From contig NC_087436.1 in the NCBI RefSeq assembly GCF_036321535.1, positions 55,120,001 through 55,184,000 on the forward strand: a stretch of 64,000 nucleotides of DNA, written 5' to 3'. The DNA is from Camelus dromedarius (lineage: Eukaryota). Positions 38,292 to 50,540 of this stretch are shown one piece after another. Position 1 is the stretch's first letter. Each line of letters begins with the position of its first letter. Position numbers and translations under genes: made by a program. The notes under the pieces were generated by a model. That model ran no database searches, was not told the origin of the DNA, and worked only from the letters and a program-made list of their open reading frames with translations.

Positions 38292-41200
38292 GTAAGTGAG
38301 GTAAATTGCAGTCAGATCAGTAGAAATAATCTAATCTGAAAAATGAAGAAAAAGTTTATTAGAGACTCAGGGAACTTATGGAACTACATCAAGCAGTCTG
38401 ACGTGTAATGAAATCCTAGATGCAGAAGGATTAGGGCAGAGTATATATTTGAAGATTTAATAGCTGAAAATACTCCAATTTTGTGAAATTAATGCACTTA
38501 AAGATTAAAGAAGCTCAGGCAACCCCAAATGGAATAAATACAAACAAAACCACATATAGACACATCACAGTCAAACTGCTGAAAATTAAAGTTACAGAAG
38601 AAACTTGAAAATAGCAGAGGAAAAGAAAGGCTTAAGGCAAATAGCAATATGTAAGAATCAATGGCCAAAAAAAGAGGATAAGTACTAAAAGAAAACATCA
38701 ACACAGTATTCTATAGTGAAAATATTCTAAAATGAAGACAAAGACATTTCAACTAAATGATATATAAGAAGATTCACTACCACCAAACCTGCCTTAAAGG
38801 AAATGCTAAAGGAAGTTATTCAGGATGAAGGGAATGATATCAGATGGAAATCTGTATCTAAACAAATGAGGGAAGAACACTAGAAATGATATATTTGGGG
38901 TTAAATATAAAATATTATTTTTTCTTAATTTTATTAAAAATAATATTTATTTAAAGCAATTTTAAAGCAAATTTATATAAAGCAAAACAAATACCTGTGT
39001 TTTATGAAGTTAATGACATACGTAGTTGCAAATATATGAAAAAAGTAGCAAAAAAGTAAAGAAGATGGCAATAGCTTTACATTATACATAAGATGGTATT
39101 ATAATTCAAGCTGGAAAATGGTCAGTTAAGGATGCACATTATAATTGCTAGAATAAGCACTATGAAAGTAGCCTAAAATAAATATAAAATTTTTTTTATA
39201 CAAAATAGAGGATATAAAAATGGCAGGAACTACTTGATTAAGTAAAAGAGAGATGGGAAAAGAGAAACAAAGAAAGAAAGGATAAGCCTAACAGAAAGCA
39301 AATAGCAATGTAGTGTAGATTAAACCCAACCATACCAATAATTATGTAAATTGTAAATGGACTAAACATCTTAATTTTAAGGCAGCGATTTCCAACCTGG
39401 TATAAAAAAGGAAAACTGAGCTACATAGTCTTTATAAGAGACAACAATTAATTAAATATAAAGATAGAGAAAGTGAAATGTTACTCATAAAAACATAGTA
39501 TCGCTTTATTAATACCAGGCAGGCTGTACTTGTCTGTATTTTCAGAAGAGAAATTTCATAATAATGAAGTAAATTAATCAATAATACATGTTTAGTCACC
39601 TACTAACAAATTCAAAACTTATAAAACAAAAATTGACAAATAGTTGTTTTGGCATTCCTCTCTCAGTAATTTATAGAATTAATAGATGAAAGTCTATAAG
39701 GACTTAGAAGATTTAACTAACAAAATAAACTATCTTTACCTAAAGTAACATTTATAGAACATCACATTCAATAACTATAGAATGCAGTTTTCAAGTGCAT
39801 GCATTTAATACAACAAACCTGACACCTTAAAGAAAGTGTTTGTAAATTTTAAGTATCAAGTACACAGAATGTATTCTTTGATAAAATCAGAATTGAAATA
39901 GAAAATAATAGCAAAAATACATATAAGAAATAACTATCTTAAGTATGTAATCACCATTATCATCCTAATAGTGATTTTTGAGAAAGTATCTGGTAAACTT
40001 AAAGATTAAATGAAAATGCACATGATTTAAAAGAGCCAAAACAACTTTAAAAAAGGAATAAAAAGATGAATGATTTCTACTGCTGAACTTTACAAAGTAC
40101 TTTAAAGGGACAGAAATTAATAAGGATATATAAATAGATTAATAGAACTGAACATAAAGTTCAGACATAAGCTCACATAATTGTAGAAATTGATTTTTAA
40201 TAAAAGTGACGAAGCAATCAAAGAGAAAGCAAAGTCTTTTCAACTAATGATGTAGGAACAAATGAATGTTGAAATTAAGAAAAATGAATCTTTTTCCATA
40301 CCTTAAAATATATACAAAATTAATAAAAGATGTATTATAGCTCTAAATAGAAAATGAAAATATTTAACGTTTATAGACAAAACATAGAAACATATCATCA
40401 CAACCCCGAGGTGGGCAAAATTTTCTTAGAATGCAAAAGCACTAGCAATATATTTATAAAAAAGACATTAAAAATTAGACTTCATTAAAATTTGAAAACT
40501 TCTCTCATTAATAGACACTATTAAGTGAAAAAGCAAGACAAAGACTAGGAAAAAGTATTTGTCAAATTTTCTGGTAAAGGACTTGTATCCAGGTAATGTA
40601 AAGAGCTCCTTCAATTTATAATTGAAACACCAACTAATCAATTAAAAGACTTGAACAAAGATTTTACAAAAGAAAATACTCATGTGGAAGGAGCTCAACA
40701 TTGTGCTTCATCAAGGAAATGAAAATTAAAACAATGAGATATCACTGGATTCTCTCTAGAATGACTAAATTTTTTAAATGTTTAAAAAAAGTGTTTTGAA
40801 GATGTGGAGTAACTGAGAACTCTCATGTTATGCATTGCCAGTGGAAACATAACATGGAAACTGTTTGATACTCTCTTAAAATAAGTGAAACATGCATCTG
40901 CCCAATAACCTTAAACTTCCACTTTTGGGTGTATAATGAAAATAAATGACTGTGTACATATTCCCCCACAAAACATATGTGAAGAAGGGTTTAGCATCTT
41001 TATTTGTAATAGCTCCAAACTGGGAGGTAGGAGAGATGGTAGGGAAACAAGTTACCTATCCTCAGGAAAATGGATATGCAAATTCTGGTACATTCATACA
41101 ATGGGATAAACTAAACAAGAAACCAATAATTACTAATAAGTGCAGCAACTTGGATGCATTTTGTAACTATCATAGTGCATAAAATGTCAAGAAAAAGTAA

Positions 41201-44139
41201 TATATGCCCTATGGTTCCATTCATATAAAGTTCTAGAAGAGGCAAAAATGATCTGTGGTGATAGAGATCAAAAGAGTTCCTCTGTGTGAAGAGATTGACT
41301 CAAAAGAACAATGAGCACACTCTATGTGGTATAGAAACATTCTGTTTGGAATGTTGAATACACAGACATATAGATTTGTCAAAACCAATCAAGCAAACAG
41401 TTCAAATCTCTGCATTTTGCTGAGTGTACATTAAAACTGAATAAAAAAGTTTTTAAAAATTCTGACTTGATGCACTGAATATGTTTACTTCTCAATGTTT
41501 CTGGAACAGAAACATAATTTTGTCTATGTAGCTCAAGTACTTTAGTCTCTTGAGAACTAACCCATAATAATCATATTTTTAAAAGATTCAGCTGTAACCA
41601 GAATGACAGAGTATTGATTTTTAATGAGCAATATAACTGTGGTGTTCATGGTGATAAGCCAGGACATCCATTCTCTGTAGGGAAGTCTTCCTTGAGAAGC
41701 CAAATTCCAAACAGGAGTTAGCTCAGTGGGTACAGAATCAGTTCAAGGATAATTAGTTTTATAATTGAAATGGCTGGTGTCGTCACACTGGGATAGCCTG
41801 AGGCAGCTTTCTCCCATTTGAGCCATGTGGACCTTCTCCCAGACTGGGTAGATGTTAAGTCACATGGTCAGAGTCCAGCCTTTTGAATGCCCTTTCTCTG
41901 GGCTTCTTTGAAACATTGTCTTTCTGTTAACACAGTTTTTCTCCAAGGAATAATGAAATCAATGACAATTAAGGTTTATTCAAACTCACCTTCTCATCCT
42001 GCTCTACTGAGACTTCCACTAGCTGTTTTGCCTAAACTTTGCTATTTCTATATTTAGTTTCTGATTTAGTTGCAAAAAAAGAAATCTCTATGTGTATATT
42101 TTAATATTTTAACTCTTGGGGAATAAATTCTTTGGGAATCCCTTAATATAAACCTTTTTATATTTGTGATGAAACAGGACAGTGATATGGTTGATTAAAC
42201 AACACATTGTATTGCAACAGTTTGTATATAAAGACATTATAATATTTAAAGGCTATTTTTATACCAAGAGTAATATTCTACAGGCATTTATTCCAAGACT
42301 TATATCTGAACTTCACCCTGTCGCTCATCTCCTCTTCTGATCCTAACTCCGTCCCTGACTTATTCATAAGATTTTCCCTACTTTAATCCCATCCATGATT
42401 TGGAAACTTCATATTTTGTTTGGCTAAGTCCTGAGTCTCAGCTCATCCTAAACACATCTAAATGTAGTGATAGCTAATATTCAGACAAGGTAAGAACATA
42501 TGCTTTTCTTATTACTTGGCAATAAAAATGGCTAGAAGCTTAGTTTTCTTAATGTACTTCATCAAAATTATCTCTGGTCAGAATGATCATATAAAACAGT
42601 TAAGTAAAATGAATTCTAGTGAAAATAAGTATTAGCAGAATTTTATTTTTTCTGAATGTTATATACCTATTCATCATAGATTTCAATTTTGGGGAGGAGG
42701 ATGCATTGATGGATTTACTGAATAATTATATTAAGTCTCATGTTTTGTAGGTGAAGGTGATCTGATTGAAAAGTACTTTTCATTCCTTGATTATCAAGGT
42801 AGACTCACTAGTGTCTATATACTTCTTTTGTCACTCTTCTATTTGTATCTCATCTGAAGCTGTAATTTGAGTCAGATGGGAATAACTATCTATAGTCATA
42901 TATTTTTAATATGAGTTTGGTATTACAGACTTAATTTTGGTGGTTTTTCATAATTCAGTTTCTTTCATTGGTAGTAGCAGAATTCATAAATATGCCAGCC
43001 TTGCTATATTTTCTGGAATGAATGAAGAATGTTCATTTCATTGAGGTTTCTGTTTTCCTTGTATGTTAGATATCATATATTATGTTTGGTTACTTTTAAG
43101 ATTGACAAAATAATATTTGACTGTTATTTTAAAGTGATAAACTTGTCCCTATAGTTAGAAAATAATGTATCCTTTACATAGGGAAAAAGAGAAGTCAATT
43201 CTATGACACAGCAAAGGATTGCTTATATGAGATTTGTTGTGTCTCTGAATTCCTGAGAGAGCACAGCAGCTAATTTGTAAGAAATGACGTTAGAGGCAAG
43301 AAGGAGGCTGTTGCCTGACACACCATGGAACAAGCCCCAGTGCTTAGATCCTGTTGTGTGAGGAGATCCAGCCTGGAAATCACTCTCAAGTGAGAGAGGC
43401 AATTTCTAGTTATGATCCAAGCAAATGGCATAAAGTACGGAAAAGAGGAATAAAGCAAAGCAGTGATTTGTACCAAAACGTAAGTGGAGAATTATCACAG
43501 ATACACAGAAGGCTGATTCTCAGAGATCTGGCCATAAATTTGTATGAATGTGTGTAGGAGTCAGAGCAAGGACAGTTTGCAGATCCAGATGGGGGTCGGG
43601 ATCCAGATTCTAAGGACAGATCCAGATCAGAGTCAGGACCTTTTCATTGCTCAAAGATAAAGAAACTACCCAGGCTGCTGGCAGAGACTTGAGCAGGACT
43701 GTTGGGATGTGAATGAGAGGACCAGAGTAGAGGAAGGTTGGAGGGATGCTCTGTGGTTCAGCAGGCAGTGCCAGAGTTTCCTGTTTAGCACTGGGGTATA
43801 CTTCCCCAGTCAGTCTAAGACAGAGAGGCATGGTGTAGCTGCTCAGCAAATATAGTTTGAATAAAAGTGGTTAAGCTGTCAGAAGGCCATCAGATGGAAG
43901 TCTTTAGGAGCATCAGTTTTTCTAGGGTGAATGGAAGACGAGAGCATATACAAGGCAGAACCGACTGAATTGTTTAATCAATGTAGTATATTTCACTTTA
44001 CTTTATTCAATATTGAATTAGTGTAAATATTGCAAGTTCCATTTTTATCACTATAAGTAGAAAATGAAGTGAGAAGACACGTGCTTAAGTAAACATCAGT
44101 ATGTACACATGTAAATATTTAAATTCTAATTGATGGACT

Positions 44140-45226
44140 TCTTTTCTTTGTTTATTGAAGTGTAATTGATTTACAGTGCTGTGTTTCTGGCGTACAGCAT
44201 AGTGATTTACTTATATGTATATATTCTTTTTCCTACTCTTTTTCATTATAAGTTATTATAAGATATTGAATATAGTTCTCTGTGCTATACAGTAGGACCC
44301 TTTTGTTTTTCTGTTTTACATGTAGTAGTTAGTATCTGCAAACTCCAAACTCCTAATTTGTCCCTCCCCCCTCTTTTGGTAACCATAAGTTTGTTTTCTA
44401 TGTCTGTGAGTCTTTTTCTGTTTTGTAAATAAGTTCATTTGTGTCATTTTTTTTTAGATTCCACATATAAATGATATCATGATATTTGTCATTCTCTGTT
44501 TAACTTACTGCATTTTGTATGATAATCTCCAGATCCATCTGTGTTGCTGCAAATGGCATTATTTCATTCATTTTTATGACTGAGTAGTAGTCCATTGTGT
44601 ATATATACTACATCTTTATCCAGTCATCTGTTGATAGACATTTACATTGCTTCTATGTCTTGGCTATTGTAAATAGTACTTTTATAAACATTGGGGTGCA
44701 TGTATTTTTTCGAATTAGAGTTTTCTCCAGATAAATGCCCAGGAGTGGGATTTCTGGATCTTTTGGTAAGTCTATTTTTAGTTTTTTGAGGTATCTCCAT
44801 ACTGTTTTCCATAGTGACTGCACCAAACTACATTCCCAATAACTGTGTAAGAGGATTCCCTTTTCTTCACATCCTCTCCAGCATTTATAATTTTTGGACT
44901 TTTTAATGATGGCCATTCTCATTGGTGTGAATGATACCTCATTGTAGTTTTGACTTGCATTTCTCTCATAATTAACGATATTGAGCATCTTTTCATATGC
45001 CTATTGACCATCTGTATGTCTTCATTGGAGAAATGTCTGTTTACATCTTCTGCCCATTTTTTTATTGTATTGTTTGGGGTTTTTTTTTCATTGTTGTTAT
45101 TGAGTTGTATAAACTGTTTCTATGTTCTGGAAATTAAGCCCTTGTCAGTAGCATCATTTGCAAATATTTTCTCCCATTCCGTAGGTTGTCTTTTCATTTT
45201 GTTTATGGTTATCTTTGCTGTGCAAA
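44140..45226 (-). mobile_element. 5'-truncated, relatively young cetartiodactyl/camelid L1 (3'UTR plus ORF2 C-terminus)
   Basis: ORF 44653..44988(-) has [67 protein letters not shown]. 3' end tttattgaagtgtaattgatttacagtg. Confidence 0.95.
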
Positions 45227-45992
45227 TTGCAAGAAAATGTGCTTATTTTCTTTATTCCAACCTATAATTATATTACATTTTTGTTGGAAATATTCATTTG
45301 AATAAAGAGTTGTTTACAAGTTTTTGAGCCAACATTAAAATAAATCAAAAACTGTAAGACACCTTCAAAATTGAGACAGACTTTGTGATTAAAATTTATA
45401 AATTCTCCATATCCGTGATTAAATACTATCATCAAAAGTTCTTGTAAGTACATGATTTTACTAATTATTTCTAACTTGATGAAATCACTACTTCTGAAAC
45501 CAAATGAAAAATAGATTATTTGATTATATAGTTATTCAATGGATTTATCCTTAACTGAGGGAAAAATACAGTCATGTAAAAATGACCTAAAATCATACAG
45601 AATATTTGTGTATTTCCATCTAAAAATTAGCAATTTCATATGGCTACATTTAGGTACCCAATAGAGATCACTCTATGAAAATATTATTTAACTTTTATAT
45701 TTATGTTTAGACTGCAGTCTTAAATAATTCTATAATAATTTGCCTAAATTAGTCTTTAGAAATGAAGTCCAAAGATGATATTAGGAACATAAAGAAGTCT
45801 ATATATATATTAATAATAAACTTGTGTTTTTAATATCAGAGATTACATTAAAAATTTTTATTAAAATGACAAAAGACACATTTATAAATTAAACCAAAAT
45901 TTATACATTATGCCTTTCACTACATTGCTGTTCTTGTTGAATAAAACACATGTGAATGTAGCATGGTTTGTGTGAAGAATAAGTACATAAAA

Positions 45993-47140
45993 ATTCCACT
46001 TTTGGCAATGGCAGATCAGGTTCTATCAGACCAACTCTTCTGCTGAAAAAAACTAGGGAAGTGAATAAAGTATTAAAAAAAAACAATTTAAAAACATCAG
46101 AAAACTATCAAATCAGCCAAAAATTTAAAGGTCAGTATCTTAGAAGGATGAGAAACAAAAAGAAGTGAGTCTGATTGATGCTGAAGTAGCCCTTGCTTGG
46201 GAGCTATTCGCTCATTTACAAGTTGCAGCCAAACTTCAACTTCATCCAGCTCTCTTCTGATTATATCATGATCTGTCCTTAGTCTAAGCATCAGAAGAAG
46301 TACTGAGAAGTTGAGAAAAGCATCTAGCAATCTCTTGGGGACATGGGGAGAGTGGTGAGTGCTGGAACACATTTAAGATTTCAGTCGGGATCTCTGAAGA
46401 AATTTGCCCAAAGAAGATGGCCAGACAGAATATAGAATAGCTCTCACAAAGACTGAAATCTAGCCTCAAAACATTTCAATTCCTGAACCATTAAAGCAGT
46501 CTTCCTTTAATCTAACTGCTTGTTAGGAGCAAAAGAAGAAAAAAATAACATTTTCTATTCCTACAAATAACCTGTACACATTTTCATATACAATGTCTGG
46601 CATTAAAACAAACAAACAAAGGCAGTAAGCCAGGATACAAAAAAAAAAAAAAAAAAAAAAAAGAAAATTAAAAACCAATTGAAAAACCAGACAATAGAAT
46701 CAGACCTACAGAAAAAAAAATGGTGGCGGTATCAGCCACAGGTTTTAAAATAACTCAAATGTATATCTATTTATCTATATATCTCTCTCTATGTCTATAC
46801 CCACATATGATAATATATGGAAAGATGGAGTATTTCATCAAGAAATTAGAATTTACAGAAAATAGTTCAAGAGTAATGTTAACATTAGAAAAATATACTA
46901 CCTATAATTAAAAACTTTATACATTTAATTAATAGTGCATTACACATAGCCCAAATAAGGACTTATGATCTGAAGGATAAATCAGTGAAAATAAGCAAAC
47001 TGCAGCACAGAGAGATTAAAAAGTTTGGAAAGTACAGAAGAAGGAGTAAGACACATATGGGGCATTGTAAAAAGAAAATTAATATTTATAATTAGAGTAA
47101 CAAAGACAGAAGCTAAAGGCAGTGGGATGGAAATAAAATT
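45993..47140 (+). mobile_element. L1ME/HAL1-type 5'UTR plus ORF1 start
   Basis: ttccacttttggcaatggcag...ccaactcttctgctgaaaaaaactag; agacaatagaatcagacctacaga; ORF1 coiled-coil-like aaggataaatcagtgaaaataagcaaactgcagcacagagaga. Confidence 0.65.
46639..46662. repeat. A24 homopolymer
   Basis: Direct reading. Confidence 0.9.
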
Positions 47141-47152
47141 TAAGAAAAATAG

Positions 47153-47176
47153 CACACACACACACACACACACACA
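47153..47176. repeat. (CA)12 microsatellite
   Basis: Direct reading. Confidence 0.95.
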
Positions 47177-47489
47177 AAAGAAATGAGGTTAAAGGTCCTA
47201 ATGGCCCATAACTAGTGACTGAGTCAGGACTAGAACCCATCTTTATTCTTTGAAATCAAATATTTTCCCTCCTAAATCAGGGCTCTGGGCTCCATTTCTC
47301 TGTGGCTTAATTTCTCCTTGTGTAGTTTTGGGCTGATTTTGATGTAGTGCGGATTAACTATTTGGAGATGTGATTGGACATGCAAATGGTTTCCGCAGAG
47401 CTTGAAAGGTGTCATCAGAACATCTTTTTGGAGTCTAGATATTTCTGACCTTCTGATCTACTTAATAAATGAATTGAGATAGCAGAAAT

Positions 47490-48165
47490 GGAAAAGAAAA
47501 GAAAAGAAAAATAGCACAAAAGTTTCCAAAGAAATAGAAGATACCAAGCAACATATAGCACTGTACACTTCAAGCTGGTGGTGTAACGACTTTGTTGAAC
47601 TTTTGGCAATATCTACTAAACATGAACATGAGTACCCCATGAGTAAATAATTTCACTTCTAAGTACAGATACAAAAGAAATGTCTATATTTGTGCACCAG
47701 AAAACATCTTCAAAAATGTTCATAGCATCAGTACTTGAAATGACCCCAAATTAGAAACAAGAAAATTGTCTACAAGAATGTAGTGGATGAATAAATTGTG
47801 TGATAGTCATACAATGAATATAGAAATGAAAAGGAACAAATTACAGCTACCTGCAACAACATACTTTGATATCACAATCATAAGTTTGAAGTCAGACAGA
47901 AAAATCTGTAAAAGTCCATTTGAATAATGTTCAGAAACAATCTAATCTTTGGGAAAGTGATTACCTCTAAAGAAGAGGGCTGCTACTGGGAGAGGGCTTG
48001 AGGGGAGCTTCTGAAATGTGGATGGTGTCCTGTTTTTTGTTTTGTGGTTTTTTTTTTTTTTTTTTTGATGTGTCAGCTTCATAAAAATTAATAGACCTGT
48101 AAACCCATTGTTAACTCATCCTTTTTAATTGTATATTTAAGTAAATTATACTTTAATAAAAATAT
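47490..48165 (+). mobile_element. L1ME-type ORF2-end and 3'UTR
   Basis: ttggcaatatctactaaac...aaatgttcatagcatcag...gtggatgaataaattgtg...tatactttaataaaa. Confidence 0.75.
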
Positions 48166-50183
48166 TTTAAATATAGGAATAAATATTTGCAGAAAGATTA
48201 TGTTTGAAGGAATTGTCCTTCAAATTTCAAATTTATGGAGCTAATTAAAGAATGTTTTTGCTCAAAAGAGTAGGAACATACTTTTATCTCAAAGAAATCA
48301 CTTAATGTTGACCAAAAGGGCTTCTAAAGTCCCTTTTAGCTGGAATTTGTTTTACATATATTATATTCTTCAGTTCAAAAACTAGCAATTTCAAAGCACT
48401 TGCAGAGGTTTGGTTATAGATTGATCAGCCAGAAAACTCTCCCTTTTTCTAATTAATCGGATAAATGATTTATATTGCAAAGTCCTTGTCGCATTTTACC
48501 AATTTATGTGATTGCATTCCTGCCCTGTTGCACAATTTGACTAGGTGCCATTCACCTTATATTGTATGTGAAATGTACCTCCATGAGGTACACAAACATG
48601 GTAGTGGTGTTAAATTGAAATTGTTTGTCTGACTGTATAACATTGTAAATTGCCACATAGAAGGCACAGTCTAATGCAGGTTTTATGTCAGTTGACTGAC
48701 TGTCCAATAATACTAAAGCATGAGATCTAATTGTCAACATAAATCAGTCATGCCCTCTTGCACTACAGTGAACATAAACTATGCCTACATTTAAAAATAT
48801 ATTATCTAAATAAAAATAACTTCTCCCTTTCCCTAAGTTATTCACTGAAAAAGTGTATAATATATAAAGTTAATTGTGATCACAGAAAATTATTTCCAAA
48901 TATATGACACTATCTTTATTTTTACACTCTTGTGCATATATTTACATCACTTTCTCTCTGTGTCTTACAGCATGAGTATGTGGGACAGAGTCCTAAATCC
49001 AGATTTCAAATATATAATCTGAGTTAGGAGGTAGAAGAGACAGATTCTTCAAATAACAGTCGTTTACTTGTGATGGTACTTGTTTCACATATGAGTATCT
49101 TCACTTGGCTGTCTCTTGGGTGAATAGCAAAGGGATATGTGATGGGTAATGAGGATCAGAGCCATACCATGCTAGAATGGTCAGCTAAGGTAAATAATTT
49201 ATATAATTTGTAATTCTTTTCTTCACCCTTCAGCATCAGCTTCCTTTGCTATTTAAGATAGGCAGAGAAGGTTTGGTCTTGCATCTTTTGATTTTTGCAT
49301 TTGATGATTTCTAAGCACTATGAGTTCTTTCTACTGTGTCTAGTTTTGCTATTGCCCATTGTACAGCTGGCATGCTGTTCCCTAAAGTGAGCTTTCCTCA
49401 GAGTCTGTAAAAAAAGAATCTAAGAAATTAGAGTTCCTCATCAAAAGGTTTCCACATGAGTACACATTCAATTTCTCAAATGTTCTGATAAGATATAGCC
49501 TTTCTTTTCTCAAGGCCAAACTGCATAATGCTCTTGTAATAATTGCCACCACATTTGTAGAAATGCAAATATTAATCTATTCCTTCAGCAGTACATTTTT
49601 TCAAACTTGAGACATTTGGGATTAAACCAGTCCCTGGGCATTTAGGAGGCCGATCAATGAGACCCTTTATTCATTCCCAAGTCTGGTGTCTAGGAGAGTA
49701 CACTATGGTGCTCTGTGTCTTTTGGCCCATGTCAGCTTTCTGTGATCTGAATCTCTTTCACAAGATTCCTGCTTAACGTCTCACAGTAAGCCATTTGCAA
49801 CTCAGAAGCTAGTGTAGGCAGTGAATCTTATAGTAGCTCTATCTCCTACATTGTCTCACTTGTGCTCACTGGCATTGCATATAATAAAAAGACTCAAGGA
49901 AAAAAAAGATTCTTGACAAAAATGAGTTTTGACTAAAATGAGTTTTTTTTTTTTTAAACCATTCATTGAAAAGTCAAGGATCATAACAAAAATTAACAAA
50001 GCCTAATTTTTTAGTTCAGCATATCCACATAAGGAAGCAGGAAAGAAAGAAACTATTCTGACTATATTATAGCTTTCTAAATGTAAGAAAGTCGAATAAA
50101 TATTTCCTTCATCAAAATGGGTTTAAACAACTCTGTCAGTGTTCTATTAGTAATGTCCAATGTCCAATAGGGGTAAGGGATGT

Positions 50184-50236
50184 TTGTGTGTGTATGTGTG
50201 TGTGTGGATGTGGGTGTGGTGTGGTGCGGTGTGTTT
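50184..50236. repeat. Degenerate (TG)n/(GTGTG)n repeat
   Basis: tgtgtgtgtatgtgtgtgtgtggatgtgggtgtggtgtggtgcggtgtg. Confidence 0.85.
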
Positions 50237-50411
50237 GTATGTTTCGAAAGATACATTAAGCAGGTAGGTCTGCAGTTCAGATTAGCAGGAATCTTGGACT
50301 ACAACAGAGATGGAGAGATGGAATGCGTCTGGTGTGATTCTAGCAGTTTGCCTGGCAGCGTTGGGCCAGCCCAGACTGGTAGGGAATCAGCAGCAACTAT
50401 TTTCCTGTTAT

Positions 50412-50540
50412 TCTGATAAGATTTCTTGAAGGAAAGAATGAGGTCTGGGTCTTATAGAGCTGTCCATCCTCCAATATGTGTAAGAGACCATCCTATAGAT
50501 AACAGATGCTGAACAATGTTTATGGAATGAATAATAAATG
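50412..50540 (+). mobile_element. L2 3' end
   Basis: gataagatttcttgaaggaaag...aacagatgctgaacaatgtttatggaatgaat. Confidence 0.55.

Larger units (their letters stand above)
36220..41460 (+). mobile_element. Ancient L1ME-type LINE with 5'UTR, ORF1, deleted ORF2 and 3'UTR remnants, containing nested elements
   Basis: 5'UTR-like 36220-37070. ORF1-like 38160-38870 (aagaagctcaggcaaccccaaatggaataaat...agacacatcacagtcaaactgctgaaa). EN-like 39300-39920. ORF2 C-terminal 40000-41100. 3'UTR ending aataaaaaag at ~41450. Confidence 0.75.

Noticed and set aside
41984..42025. Minus-strand splice donor AG|GTGAGT
   Set aside because: No convincing upstream acceptor or coding signal. Isolated donor motifs are frequent by chance.
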